IMG/VR virus record: IMGVR_UViG_3300036719_001118
Location: 1 to 24,574 of that record
DNA from: a virus
Lineage: Duplodnaviria; Caudoviricetes
Length of the DNA stretch: 24,574 bases
Strand: one strand, 5' to 3'
How positions within the stretch are numbered: position 1 is the first letter of the stretch; each line of letters opens with the position of its first letter. Below the pieces are notes generated by a model that did not search any database, was not told the origin of the DNA, and was given only the letters and a program-made list of their open reading frames with translations. A program made the translations under genes and the position numbers. Shown here in pieces: positions 16,060-24,574 of the stretch.

Positions 16060-17623
16060 GTGGGTTGACGGGTTCACGTACGAACCGGCAGACCCAAGCC
16101 TAGTCGTCGAGTTTCTTGAGAGCGTCTGCGTCCACACCAAAGACGGCGCCACGACGAGGGCCGGCGATCCGGTGCAACTTCTGGAGTGGCACCGCGACGA
16201 AGTCATCAACCCGATCTACGGGTGGAAAGACAAGGACAACCGCCGCCGCTATCGCGTCTCCTACCTTGAGGTGCCAAAGAAAAATGCAAAGAGCACGCTG
16301 CTTTCCTGCCTGGCTATTTGGCATCTGGTGATGGAAGGCCATGGCGAACTGGGTTGCATTGCTGCCAAGGACCGCAACCAGGCCGCCATTATCTACGACG
16401 AAACGGCCAAGATGATCCTGGGGTCGCCGGAACTGCGTGGCGTGCTCGAGGTGATTGACAGTCGCAAGACGATCGTGAACCGCAGCAACAACAGCAGCCT
16501 GCGCGTCATTTCCCGCGATGCTGGTTCCGCTGAAGGTCCGTCGTATTCGTTCGTGTTTTTTGACGAGTTGCACGCTCAGCCAGACAGGAAGCTGTGGGAA
16601 GCCCTTCGGTACTCAGGTCGCTCCAGGCCGCAGCCTCTGATCTGCACGATCACCACGGCAGGAAGCGACAGGCAATCAATCTGCTGGGAGCAGCACGAGT
16701 ACGCGGAGCAGGTGATTGCAGATCCTGCCTACGACCCACGTTTCTACGGCCGCATATGGGCGGCACAGAAAGACGTGGACGACTACTTTTCGCCAGCCGT
16801 GTGGAGGAAATGCAATCCAGGCATGGGTGTGACGATGACGGAAGAGTCGTTCGCAGCTGATGCCATGGAGGCTAAAAACAAGGCCACTAAATTAAATGGG
16901 TGGCTGAGATATTCGCTTGGAATTTGGACAGAGACAAGCAATCGGTTTCTGGACCCTGACAAGTGGGCCGGGTGCGCGTTGCCGCCTGTTGTGCCGCTGG
17001 CTGGCCGACCGTGCATCATCGGCATGGACTTGAGCAAGAGCACGGATCTTTCGGCGGTCGTGGCTTTATTCCCGCATGAGGATGGCACCTTCGATGTTGA
17101 TGCCATGCTGTTCAGCCCGCGTGATCTCATCATGGAACGCGAGCGAACCGATCGCCAGCCGTTCCAGCACTGGGTGGATTCTGGCTACATCACGGCCACA
17201 AGCGGCAACGTCATAGACCACGGCGTGATCCGTGAGTACGTGCTGAAGTACGCCAAGGCACACAGCGTTGAGCGTGTGCTAATGGACATGACCGGTGCCG
17301 TGCAGTTGGGTGTGGAACTGCAAGGAGCGGGCCTGACTGTGGAATCATTTGGACAGGGTTTCCGCTCAATGAGCAGCCCTACCAAACTGCTGGAGAGCTT
17401 GGTGCTTCAGCAGAAAATACGCCACGCAGGCAACCCAGTGCTCTCGTGGATGGCTGCAGGCGTGACGGTTGAGACAGGAGCCTTTGAGGACATTCGCCCT
17501 GTTAAGAAAAAGAGCACATGCCGGATTGACGGGATTGTCGCTCTGATCTTTGCGCTTGGCGGCTGGGAAGCGAACAGCATAAAGAAGGCCACAGAACAGT
17601 CCTGGGACATGATGACGCTATGA
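16004..17623 (+). CDS. terL: Terminase large subunit
   Basis: Walker A-like VPKKNAKST, Walker B FVFFDELH, ITTAG, nuclease IIGMDLS and RIDGIVA; start uncertain (ATG 16004 or TTG 16037). Confidence 0.96.
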   Translation: MPRKKARWPSSLPVARRREWVDGFTYEPADPSLVVEFLESVCVHTKDGATTRAGDPVQLLEWHRDEVINPIYGWKDKDNRRRYRVSYLEVPKKNAKSTLLSCLAIWHLVMEGHGELGCIAAKDRNQAAIIYDETAKMILGSPELRGVLEVIDSRKTIVNRSNNSSLRVISRDAGSAEGPSYSFVFFDELHAQPDRKLWEALRYSGRSRPQPLICTITTAGSDRQSICWEQHEYAEQVIADPAYDPRFYGRIWAAQKDVDDYFSPAVWRKCNPGMGVTMTEESFAADAMEAKNKATKLNGWLRYSLGIWTETSNRFLDPDKWAGCALPPVVPLAGRPCIIGMDLSKSTDLSAVVALFPHEDGTFDVDAMLFSPRDLIMERERTDRQPFQHWVDSGYITATSGNVIDHGVIREYVLKYAKAHSVERVLMDMTGAVQLGVELQGAGLTVESFGQGFRSMSSPTKLLESLVLQQKIRHAGNPVLSWMAAGVTVETGAFEDIRPVKKKSTCRIDGIVALIFALGGWEANSIKKATEQSWDMMTL

Positions 17624-18894
17624 GCGAAAACGCCGCCGCCGACTTCAAGATGATTGACCTTCGTGGCATCGACTGGCCCGAGGTTTCGCCGTCTCGCACG
17701 CCGTCTGGCATCCGTGTCAACGCCGACAACTCAATGGCATGCTCGGCCTACACGGCTTGCATCCGCGTCATATCGGATGCCGTTTCTGCACTTCCGCTGC
17801 ACGTCTACGAACGCATGGCCAACGGCGGCAAAACCAAAGCGGCAACGCATCCTGTGTATCGATTGCTGCACCAGCAGCCCAATCCCTGGCAGACAGCCCA
17901 GGAGTTTAGGGATTGGATGACCGGCATGTATCTGCACTACGGTGCGTCGTATGCCGAGATCCGCCCAGGTGCTCGAGGTGCCGTATCTGAGCTGTGGCCG
18001 CTGCACAGCAGTCGCATGGAGCCCGAGCGGCTGGAGGACGGCACGGTCCGCTACAAGTACCGCGAGCCCAGCGGCCGGCAGACGGTCTACTCACAGTCGC
18101 AGATCTTCTGCCTGCGGTTCACGACCGAGGACGGCATTAAGCCGATCCCGACCTACAAGATTTTCCAGAACGCCATCGGCCTGGCCCAGGCTCTTGAGGC
18201 CCACGGCAGCACCTACTTCGGCAACGGTGCCCGGCCGGGGATCGTGCTGGAGAGTGACAACCCGATTCCGGCCGAGGCGGCTGAGCGGCTACGCGAGCAG
18301 TGGGAACGGATGCACCGTGGGCCGGACCGTGCTCACCGCACTGCGGTCCTGCCCAACGGCGTAAAGGCTCACGAGCTCAGCGGCAGCAACGAGGCTGCCC
18401 AGTTCCTTGAGACGCGGCAGTACCAAGTCATTGAGATTTGCCGTGCGTTCCGTGTGCCGCCGCACATGATCCAAGACCTGACACGCAGCACCTATTCCAA
18501 CATTGAGGTGCAAGGCACCGAGTTCGTGCAGCACTGCCTGCTGCCGCATCTCAAGCGGTGGGAAGCGGCCATCAGCCGTGACCTCATCGTGGACGATGAA
18601 ACGTATTTTGCCGAGCACAGCGTGAGCGGCCTGCTGCGTGGCGACCACGCCAGCCGGTCGGCCTACTACGTTTCCGCGCTCCAGAACGGGTGGATGACCA
18701 TTAACGAGATTCGGGAACTGGAGAATCTGAACCCGATTGGGCCGGAAGGCGACAAGCACTTTGTTCAGTTGAACATGACCACGCTGGACAAGGTGGGCGC
18801 GGAGCCGCCGGCACCAGCCGCTGAGGCTGAAGACAGCCCAGCAGATGACGCCGAAGACCAGTCCGAACAGGAGGACACGACCGATGGAAATTGA
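17620..18894 (+). CDS. Portal protein, HK97 family
   Basis: ACIRVISDAVSALPL, PNPWQTAQEF, FGNGARPG, QFLETR, ICRAFRVPPHMI, GWMTINEIRELENL. Confidence 0.96.
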   Translation: MSENAAADFKMIDLRGIDWPEVSPSRTPSGIRVNADNSMACSAYTACIRVISDAVSALPLHVYERMANGGKTKAATHPVYRLLHQQPNPWQTAQEFRDWMTGMYLHYGASYAEIRPGARGAVSELWPLHSSRMEPERLEDGTVRYKYREPSGRQTVYSQSQIFCLRFTTEDGIKPIPTYKIFQNAIGLAQALEAHGSTYFGNGARPGIVLESDNPIPAEAAERLREQWERMHRGPDRAHRTAVLPNGVKAHELSGSNEAAQFLETRQYQVIEICRAFRVPPHMIQDLTRSTYSNIEVQGTEFVQHCLLPHLKRWEAAISRDLIVDDETYFAEHSVSGLLRGDHASRSAYYVSALQNGWMTINEIRELENLNPIGPEGDKHFVQLNMTTLDKVGAEPPAPAAEAEDSPADDAEDQSEQEDTTDGN

Positions 18895-19528
18895 GCGCCG
18901 CGATTTCGCTTTTGAAGAAGAAAACGAACTTGTGGTGGAAAGCCGCGCCGACGGGCGAGCGGCCATTGTTGGCTACGCGGCCGTATACAACCGTCTGTCC
19001 CTCGACCTTGGCGGCTTCCGAGAAGAGATCCTGCCTGGTGCATTCGACAAGATTCTCAGCCGGCAGCGTGGTCGGCAGGACGTGGTTGCCCTGTTTAACC
19101 ACGACAGCAACATCGTTCTGGGCCGCACCTCGAGCGGCACGCTGGAGTTGTCCACGGATGACAAGGGCTTGCGGTACGTGGTGACTCCACCAGTGAGCCG
19201 TGCCGATGTGCTGGAACTAATCCAGCGTCGTGACGTTCGGGGATCTTCCTTTGCGTTCACCGTTGACAAGGGCGGCGAAGGCTTCCGCCAGGGCGATGAC
19301 GGCAAGGCCGTGCGGCAGATCCGCGAGGTGTCTGGCCTGTATGACGTTGGCCCTGTGCTGGTTCCTGCGTACCCGCAGACCAGCGCTGGCGTGGCCATTC
19401 GTTCCTACGAAGCTTGGATGGCTTCGCAGTCGCAGCCTGAGCCCGAGGCGGTTGCCGCTGCTATCGCCAAGCGTTCCTTGGTCCGTGACGCCGCTGCGGC
19501 GTGGTCACTGAGGCTGCGCCGTGTCTGA
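18884..19528 (+). CDS. Prohead maturation protease, HK97 family
   Basis: GYAAVYN, FREEILPGAF, ALFNHD, GSSFAF, PAYPQT; GGAGGA RBS before ATG 18884. Confidence 0.95.
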   Translation: MEIERRDFAFEEENELVVESRADGRAAIVGYAAVYNRLSLDLGGFREEILPGAFDKILSRQRGRQDVVALFNHDSNIVLGRTSSGTLELSTDDKGLRYVVTPPVSRADVLELIQRRDVRGSSFAFTVDKGGEGFRQGDDGKAVRQIREVSGLYDVGPVLVPAYPQTSAGVAIRSYEAWMASQSQPEPEAVAAAIAKRSLVRDAAAAWSLRLRRV

Positions 19529-19691
19529 GGCCCGCTGCACCTGCGGCGAAAAACTGCGGTGCCGTTCCAGCCGCCCATGCGGTGACGAGCGGCAGCGGTA
19601 CATGCGTTGCCCAAGGTGCGGTGCACGCGGTGTCGTGTTTGTGAAAACAACACTTTCCGAAGTGCGCTTCTGCAAGAGGCCGGCACGCTAG
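19521..19691 (+). CDS. 56-aa zinc-ribbon protein (Ogr/Delta- or NrdR-ribbon-like); not in supplied ORF track
   Basis: GTG start; MSEARCTCGEKLRCRSSRPCGDERQRYMRCPRCGARGVVFVKTTLSEVRFCKRPAR*; fills the protease-capsid gap. Confidence 0.65.
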   Translation: MSEARCTCGEKLRCRSSRPCGDERQRYMRCPRCGARGVVFVKTTLSEVRFCKRPAR

Positions 19692-19700
19692 TGGCACTGT
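19670..19700 (+). promoter_or_regulatory. Putative late promoter CTGCAAG-N18-CACTGT upstream of major capsid gene
   Basis: Recurrent motif, about 40 nt before MCP start. Confidence 0.4.
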
Positions 19701-19739
19701 GGACTCCATCGGCAATACCGCCGGCGGAGAACTCACACA

Positions 19740-21056
19740 GTGGACAACCTCAAGAAGCTGCAGGACGAGGCCGTTAACCTCGCCAACCGTATCGACGCCG
19801 TGCGGGCCATTGAAGGCGACGCGGACAAGATTGCCGAGCGTGACCTCGAACTTGAGACGCTGACGGCCGATGCCGCCAAGCTGGCCAAGAAAATCGAGTT
19901 TGAGAAGTCGGTGGCCGAGTCGGCCAAGAGCCTGCGGTCGGTGGTGGATCGCTGCACCCCGGCTCCCGAGGTGCGTGCCGAAGAGCCCAAGGCCCGGATT
20001 GAGGCGGTTCCGTTCTCTGGCCGGCTGCGTGCGTTTGAGAACGCCAAGGATGCCTACTCGGTCGGCATGTGGTTCAAGGCCAAGAGCGGCGACGCCGAGG
20101 CCCGCCGGTGGTGCCAGGATCATGGCATTGAGGCCCGTGCCCAGGGTTCGACCGGCAGCACCACTGGTGCGGCCTTCGTGCCTGACGTGCTCTCCTCGAC
20201 CGTCATTCGGCTCGTCGATCAGTACAGTGCATTCGCTCAGAACGCCACGAACGTGGTGATGCCGAGCGACGTGCTGCTGTTCCCACGACGGACGGCCGGT
20301 GCGACCGCGTACTGGATCAACGAGAACGCTGCCATCACTGCCAGCGACCCGACTTCCAATCAGGTCACCCTGACTGCGAAGAAGGTCACGGGCGCGGTGA
20401 CGATTGCGAGCGAGCTGCTGCAGGACTCGATCGTGTCGATTGCCGACTGGATCGCTGCAGAGCTGGCACTGACGCTCTCCAACGCCGTGGAAGAAGCTGC
20501 GTGGAGCGGGAACCCGAGCAACGCGCCAGCGGTCGCCGGGCTCGTCACGACCTACACGGGTGGCCTGCTGGCGGCGTCTGCTGCCACCTACGCCGCCTCG
20601 CTCGTGACGGCTGCCGGTGATACGCCAGACGAAGTGACGAAGGCCAACCTGCTGGCCATGATGGCCAGGGTTCCGCAGCACAGCCGTGCCGGTGCCAAGT
20701 GGTTCTGCTCGCCGTTCTTCTTCGCCACCTGCATGCAGAACCTCGACCTCGCCCAGGGCGGTTCGGTTGGTCTGTCGCAGGGCATGGGTCCGACGTTCCT
20801 CGGCTCGGAAGTGGTTCTCACCGACCGGCTCCCGAGCGGTGCGGACTCGACGGGTGCGATCATGGCCCTCTACGGGAACATGGCGAACTCGAGCTACTAC
20901 GGCATCCGCCAGGCCATCGAGATCGCCAGCAGCGATCAGGTGAACTTCCTGTCGGACCAGACCGTGATCCGTGCGGTGGCCCGCGTGGCCATCACGCACG
21001 CGAACCTGGGAAGCGACACCGTCGCCGGCCCGATGATCGGCCTGGTGGGTGCGTGA
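19740..21056 (+). CDS. Major capsid protein, HK97 fold with N-terminal coiled-coil delta domain
   Basis: Helical N-terminus, GAAFVP, AYWINEN, VTLTAKK, IASELLQDS, LYGN; position after protease. Confidence 0.95.
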   Translation: MDNLKKLQDEAVNLANRIDAVRAIEGDADKIAERDLELETLTADAAKLAKKIEFEKSVAESAKSLRSVVDRCTPAPEVRAEEPKARIEAVPFSGRLRAFENAKDAYSVGMWFKAKSGDAEARRWCQDHGIEARAQGSTGSTTGAAFVPDVLSSTVIRLVDQYSAFAQNATNVVMPSDVLLFPRRTAGATAYWINENAAITASDPTSNQVTLTAKKVTGAVTIASELLQDSIVSIADWIAAELALTLSNAVEEAAWSGNPSNAPAVAGLVTTYTGGLLAASAATYAASLVTAAGDTPDEVTKANLLAMMARVPQHSRAGAKWFCSPFFFATCMQNLDLAQGGSVGLSQGMGPTFLGSEVVLTDRLPSGADSTGAIMALYGNMANSSYYGIRQAIEIASSDQVNFLSDQTVIRAVARVAITHANLGSDTVAGPMIGLVGA

Positions 21057-21066
21057 GCCTGACGGC

Positions 21067-21085
21067 TTGACGAGTGTGCAATTTT
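21067..21085 (+). promoter_or_regulatory. Putative promoter TTGAC-N8-AATTTT
   Basis: Fourth copy of the motif, intergenic after MCP. Confidence 0.3.
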
Positions 21086-21127
21086 GAACGGGCGGCATGC
21101 CACACGGTGTGCCGCCCGTTCTCGTTT
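21086..21127 (+). terminator. Strong hairpin after major capsid gene (terminator/attenuator or mRNA stabiliser)
   Basis: GAACGGGCGGCA/TGCCGCCCGTTC 12-bp perfect stem extendable by G-U pairs to a 4-nt loop; weak T tail (TCGTTT). Confidence 0.7.
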
Positions 21128-21137
21128 AGAGGCACGC

Positions 21138-21890
21138 ATGATCGTCAAGGTAGGTGGCACTGAAGTTGACATCAGGGTGGAAGCCATCCTGTCGATGCCT
21201 AGGCTTTCGTTTACGGCCAACCATTTCGCCTGGGCTCAAGCACTCATGCCGCTGGGCATTCGCCCCACAATGGGCACCGGTGCGTTCTGGGATCAGGTCA
21301 ACACCAGAGTGATGGAGCAATTCATCGACAAGGCCGAATATTTGCTCACCATCGACTACGACACGTTTTTCACCAAGGAAGACATTGAGCACCTGTTTGC
21401 CCTGGCGATGACGTTTCAGTGCGATGCCATCACAGGCTTGCAGACCAAGCGTGAAGATGGGCGGCCGATGCTCACGCTCAAGGGGATGCTGGACAACCCG
21501 CCGGAGGGCGGCAAGACGCAGGTGGAAAAGTCGTGGTTTGCCGAGCCAGTGCAGGAAGTGGACAGCGCACATTTTGGATGCACGGTCATCAGCACGGCCG
21601 CCCTGAAGCGGGCTAAGAAACCGTGGTTCTGGAGCAAGCCCGACAGCGAGGGCGGGTGGAACGACGGAAACGCGACTCGCCTGGGGCGTATAGACCCTGA
21701 CATTTACTGGTGGCGGAACTGGCGTGAAAGCGGCAATCGAGTTTTTGTCTCTCCACGCATCGTGCTGGGCCACGGCGAATACGTGGTGACGTGGCCCGGC
21801 CAGGAACTTGGGTCGCCCGTGTTCCAGTGGGCCACGGAATTCACCAACACGCTGAAACGTCCAGAAACTGCATGGAGCGTGCCGCAATGA
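21138..21890 (+). CDS. GT-A fold glycosyltransferase-like protein inside head gene cluster
   Basis: YLLTIDYDTFF (DxD), EVDSAHFGCTVI, KKPWF, DPDIYWW, VFVSPRIVLGH; GAGG RBS before ATG 21138. Confidence 0.75.
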   Translation: MIVKVGGTEVDIRVEAILSMPRLSFTANHFAWAQALMPLGIRPTMGTGAFWDQVNTRVMEQFIDKAEYLLTIDYDTFFTKEDIEHLFALAMTFQCDAITGLQTKREDGRPMLTLKGMLDNPPEGGKTQVEKSWFAEPVQEVDSAHFGCTVISTAALKRAKKPWFWSKPDSEGGWNDGNATRLGRIDPDIYWWRNWRESGNRVFVSPRIVLGHGEYVVTWPGQELGSPVFQWATEFTNTLKRPETAWSVPQ

Positions 21891-22126
21891 GGAAACTGAA
21901 ATTCACCCGCGCATGGCGTGGATACCGCACAGGCCAGGTGGCCGAGGTTCCCGGCGGCATCGCACAGCAGCTGCTGGCCATGCGTGTGGCCGTCGAAGAC
22001 ACGCAGCAGACCCTGATTGAAACCGCGTCTGTTGACCACGACGCGGAGACAGCAGACGCCACGCCACGCAAACGAGGACGCCGTGCAGTACCGAAGCCTG
22101 ACACGCCAGACGCCGCCGGCCGTTGA
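21887..22126 (+). CDS. Small head-associated protein
   Basis: MRKLKFTRAWRGYRTGQVAEVPGGIAQQLL pattern common for small genes after MCP; ATGA coupling. Confidence 0.7.
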   Translation: MRKLKFTRAWRGYRTGQVAEVPGGIAQQLLAMRVAVEDTQQTLIETASVDHDAETADATPRKRGRRAVPKPDTPDAAGR

Positions 22127-22697
22127 ACCAGTTACGCTGGCAGAGGCTAAGGCCCACCTGCGTGTGGACACGTCTGACGATGACACCTACATCGGGACGC
22201 TGATCACGGCTGCCCGCGAATGGTGCGAGCAGTACCTAGACCGCACGCTGGTGCATACGCAGTGGGCGATGCGGTTCGACACGTTCCCGCCTGACGGGAC
22301 GCAAGACATTGAGCTTCCACGCCCGCCAATGGCTGCCGCTGGCACGACCACGGCGGTGGCCCTGACGTTCACGTTTGAGAACGGCACTACTTCTACATAC
22401 TCCACGGCCAGCTACCGCGTGGACCGGGCCGGCACGCCTGGCACCGTGAAGACTCTCTACGGCCAGACGTGGCCGCCGCACTTGATGGATGACAACGCAA
22501 TCAGCGTGACATGGTGGGCTGGCTATGGAGCCACAGGGGCAAGCGTTCCCGCCACGATTCGCCACGCGATCCTGATGCTGGTTGGCCACTGGTACGACGG
22601 TGCCCGTAGCGGCGTTGTCATGGGCAGTATCAGCAAGGAAGTGGAGTTCGGCGTGAAATCCCTGCTCGACTCGCAACGCTGGGGATCGTACCGATGA
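22083..22697 (+). CDS. Head-tail connector (gp6/phiE125 gp8-like adaptor)
   Basis: PAVEPVTLAEAKAHLRVD...DDTYIGTLITAAREWCE...VPATIRHAILMLVGHWY; GAGGA RBS before GTG 22083. Confidence 0.92.
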   Translation: MQYRSLTRQTPPAVEPVTLAEAKAHLRVDTSDDDTYIGTLITAAREWCEQYLDRTLVHTQWAMRFDTFPPDGTQDIELPRPPMAAAGTTTAVALTFTFENGTTSTYSTASYRVDRAGTPGTVKTLYGQTWPPHLMDDNAISVTWWAGYGATGASVPATIRHAILMLVGHWYDGARSGVVMGSISKEVEFGVKSLLDSQRWGSYR

Positions 22698-23011
22698 TTA
22701 AGGCCGGTGATCTCCGCGAACGCGTCACGGTGCAGATTGCCAGCGGCAGCACAAATGCCCTTGGCGAAACCGTGCTTTCGTGGAGCAACAGCACTGCGGT
22801 GTGGGCAAGCGTTGAGGGTGCTTCGGCGCGTGAGGCGCTTGCTGCTGGCCAACAAGAAACGTCCGTGACGCACAAAGTTCGGATGCGTTACCTGCCGGGT
22901 CTAACTCAAAATATGCGGCTGTCGTGGCGTTCCCGCACGCTGGACATCGTGAGCCTGCTCGAGCACAACAACCGCAGTGAGCACGAAGCCATCTGCCAGG
23001 AAACCACCTGA
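22694..23011 (+). CDS. Head closure / head-tail adaptor (SPP1 gp16-like)
   Basis: AGDLRERVTVQ...VWASVE...THKVRMRYLPGL. Confidence 0.9.
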   Translation: MIKAGDLRERVTVQIASGSTNALGETVLSWSNSTAVWASVEGASAREALAAGQQETSVTHKVRMRYLPGLTQNMRLSWRSRTLDIVSLLEHNNRSEHEAICQETT

Positions 23012-23764
23012 ATGGCTGGCATTATCGTCACCGCGAAAATCGACAACCTCACTGAGTTGCGGGAAAAGCTTAAGCAGTTCCCAAACGTGGTTGCCAGCAA
23101 GCTGCTGGCCAGTGCGTTGCGCAAGGCCATTAAGCCAGCCGAGGCGGCGCTGCGTGCCGTGACTCCGCAGGGGCCAACCGGCAACCTCGCGCGGGCCGTG
23201 AACACGAAGGTAAAGACCTACACGAAGGACGGTGCGGCTGTCGGCCTAGTCGGATTCAACCGATCCGGAAAGGGCGCTTCGCGGTCTGCGGCTGGTGGCT
23301 CAGTGGACGCAGGCACAGACAGAGCCTTCCACCAAGGCTTCGTGGAGTTTGGCACGAAGCAACGCCTCATTGATAAGTTCTCAGACAAGCCTTATCAGCG
23401 GAAAAGCAAGAAGGGGCTAGTGCACTGGGTCAGTGGGCAAAACGCCTACATTGCATCCTCTTTCAACTGGCTCGGCCCGTTCAAGATGCTTCCGACGCCA
23501 CGCCCGCCGCGTGGCAAGAGAGGGCACCGCGTCGAGACAGACCCTGCCTACCAAAAGGCGTTTTTCAAAAAGTCCCGCAATCCAATCGTGCTGAACGCGA
23601 TGCCGCGTGGCGGCAAGTCCGGCAATCCGCCCATTGAGGCCGCCTGGCGAAACTCGCAGGGTGAGGTGGCACAGATCCTGAGCGACGAACTCAGTGTGTC
23701 GATTGACGATGCGCTTCAGGCGGTTGCCATGTTTATGACCAAGACCGTGAGCGGAGGAAACTAG
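23012..23764 (+). CDS. HK97 gp10-like tail completion protein, with long insertion
   Basis: LTELREKLKQF...ALRKAIKP...PQGPTGNLARAV...FVEFGTK; synteny. Confidence 0.8.
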   Translation: MAGIIVTAKIDNLTELREKLKQFPNVVASKLLASALRKAIKPAEAALRAVTPQGPTGNLARAVNTKVKTYTKDGAAVGLVGFNRSGKGASRSAAGGSVDAGTDRAFHQGFVEFGTKQRLIDKFSDKPYQRKSKKGLVHWVSGQNAYIASSFNWLGPFKMLPTPRPPRGKRGHRVETDPAYQKAFFKKSRNPIVLNAMPRGGKSGNPPIEAAWRNSQGEVAQILSDELSVSIDDALQAVAMFMTKTVSGGN

Positions 23765-23766
23765 GC

Positions 23767-24183
23767 ATGTCCCTCAAGTCGCCTGAAGCCGCATTGCGGA
23801 GCCAACTCGTGGCCAATGCCGCAGTCACCGCAATAGTCGGAAGCCGCGTCTACCCGCTGCTCGCCCCATCAGACGCGGCGTTGCCATTCGTGACGTGGAG
23901 GCGGTCAGGCATCGTGCGGCAGCATTCGCTTGCCGGCCCCGTTGGGTCGCCAACCGTGAGCGTTGAATTTCAGCTGTACGCGGAAACGTACAACGCCGTA
24001 AGGGAACTGGCTGACAAGGCACGGCAGGTTCTGGATGGCTGGGGTGGCACCGTGGACACTGTAGAGGTGAAGCACGTGTCGCTGGAACAGGAGTACGACG
24101 GTTTCGTGCAACTGGCCGGCAGCGAGGTTCCGCCAATTTACACGGTAGTTCAGGTCTACAACGCACTCTGGCAGGAGATTTGA
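23767..24183 (+). CDS. Tail terminator (DUF3168-like)
   Basis: AIVGSRVYPLLAPSDAALPFVTW...FQLYAETYNAVRELADKARQVLDG; synteny. Confidence 0.85.
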   Translation: MSLKSPEAALRSQLVANAAVTAIVGSRVYPLLAPSDAALPFVTWRRSGIVRQHSLAGPVGSPTVSVEFQLYAETYNAVRELADKARQVLDGWGGTVDTVEVKHVSLEQEYDGFVQLAGSEVPPIYTVVQVYNALWQEI

Positions 24184-24186
24184 TAA

Positions 24187-24570
24187 ATGGCCGTTACGCC
24201 GCATGATGGTGTCGGAACCACATTCACGTTTGCTGGGACCGGGTACACGGTCACCAACATCGTCATCACGAACACGGACCCGAACGTCGAAAACACGATC
24301 GACGTGTCGCATCTTGGGCTGACCACCGGCGCTTCCGTGCTGACGCAAGACCGCCCGCTTGGCGGATCGACCACCAGCACCGGCCAGACCGTGCAGGTTG
24401 ACTATCTCGGAAAGTCCTTGATTGCAGACGGTTCCACCGGGACGCTTGTTGTATCGCACAACAGCGTGACGCTGCTGAGCCGTGCCGCCACCGTCAGTTC
24501 CAGCACGCTGACATTCGCGGTCAACGACGCCGTCAAGGGTTCCGCCACGTTCCGCATTGCCAGGTCGTGA
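24187..24570 (+). CDS. Major tail (tube) protein
   Basis: GTTFTFAG, IDVSHL, GSATFRI beta pattern; follows tail terminator; AGGAG RBS. Confidence 0.75.
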   Translation: MAVTPHDGVGTTFTFAGTGYTVTNIVITNTDPNVENTIDVSHLGLTTGASVLTQDRPLGGSTTSTGQTVQVDYLGKSLIADGSTGTLVVSHNSVTLLSRAATVSSSTLTFAVNDAVKGSATFRIARS

Positions 24571-24574
24571 GCCT

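Noticed and set aside
16270-16300. TerL Walker A variant PKKNAKS (Ala in place of Gly)
   Set aside because: Catalytic Lys-Ser retained and rest of protein intact; treated as tolerated variation, not a pseudogene
19461-21098. 545-aa minus-strand ORF
   Set aside because: Antisense shadow of the highly codon-biased, GC-rich major capsid gene; no recognisable motifs

Overview
A 24.6 kb segment of a GC-rich tailed dsDNA phage or prophage with HK97-type head genes and siphovirus-like neck and tail genes. All credible genes lie on the + strand and are tightly packed. Order: (1) replication/regulation block: wHTH, ParB-like::DNA methyltransferase fusion, HNH, replication initiator, stand-alone LexA-type HTH, phage-encoded beta sliding clamp; (2) accessory block: small secreted protein, DUF551-like, HTH, a possible integron-like single cassette, GDP-mannose 4,6-dehydratase, RusA, SAM methyltransferase, glycosyltransferase; (3) a membrane-protein/papain-like peptidase/lipoprotein block where lysis genes usually sit, with no recognisable classical endolysin; (4) LamG-like protein, packaging HNH, a second zinc-finger HNH, terS, terL, portal, prohead protease, a 56-aa zinc ribbon missing from the ORF track, major capsid, a second glycosyltransferase, head-tail connectors and tail tube. 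The most notable non-coding signals are an attC-like hairpin paired with an attI-like site bracketing one antisense-oriented gene, a five-hairpin putative RNA with loop-loop complementarity, two recurrent promoter-like motifs (TTGAC-N8-NANNNT and CTGCAAG-N17/18-YANNNT), and CsrA-type ANGGAN hairpins on translation starts. A Planctomycetota host is my recollection-based guess and is not demonstrated. All calls are from reading motifs by eye; no searches were run.
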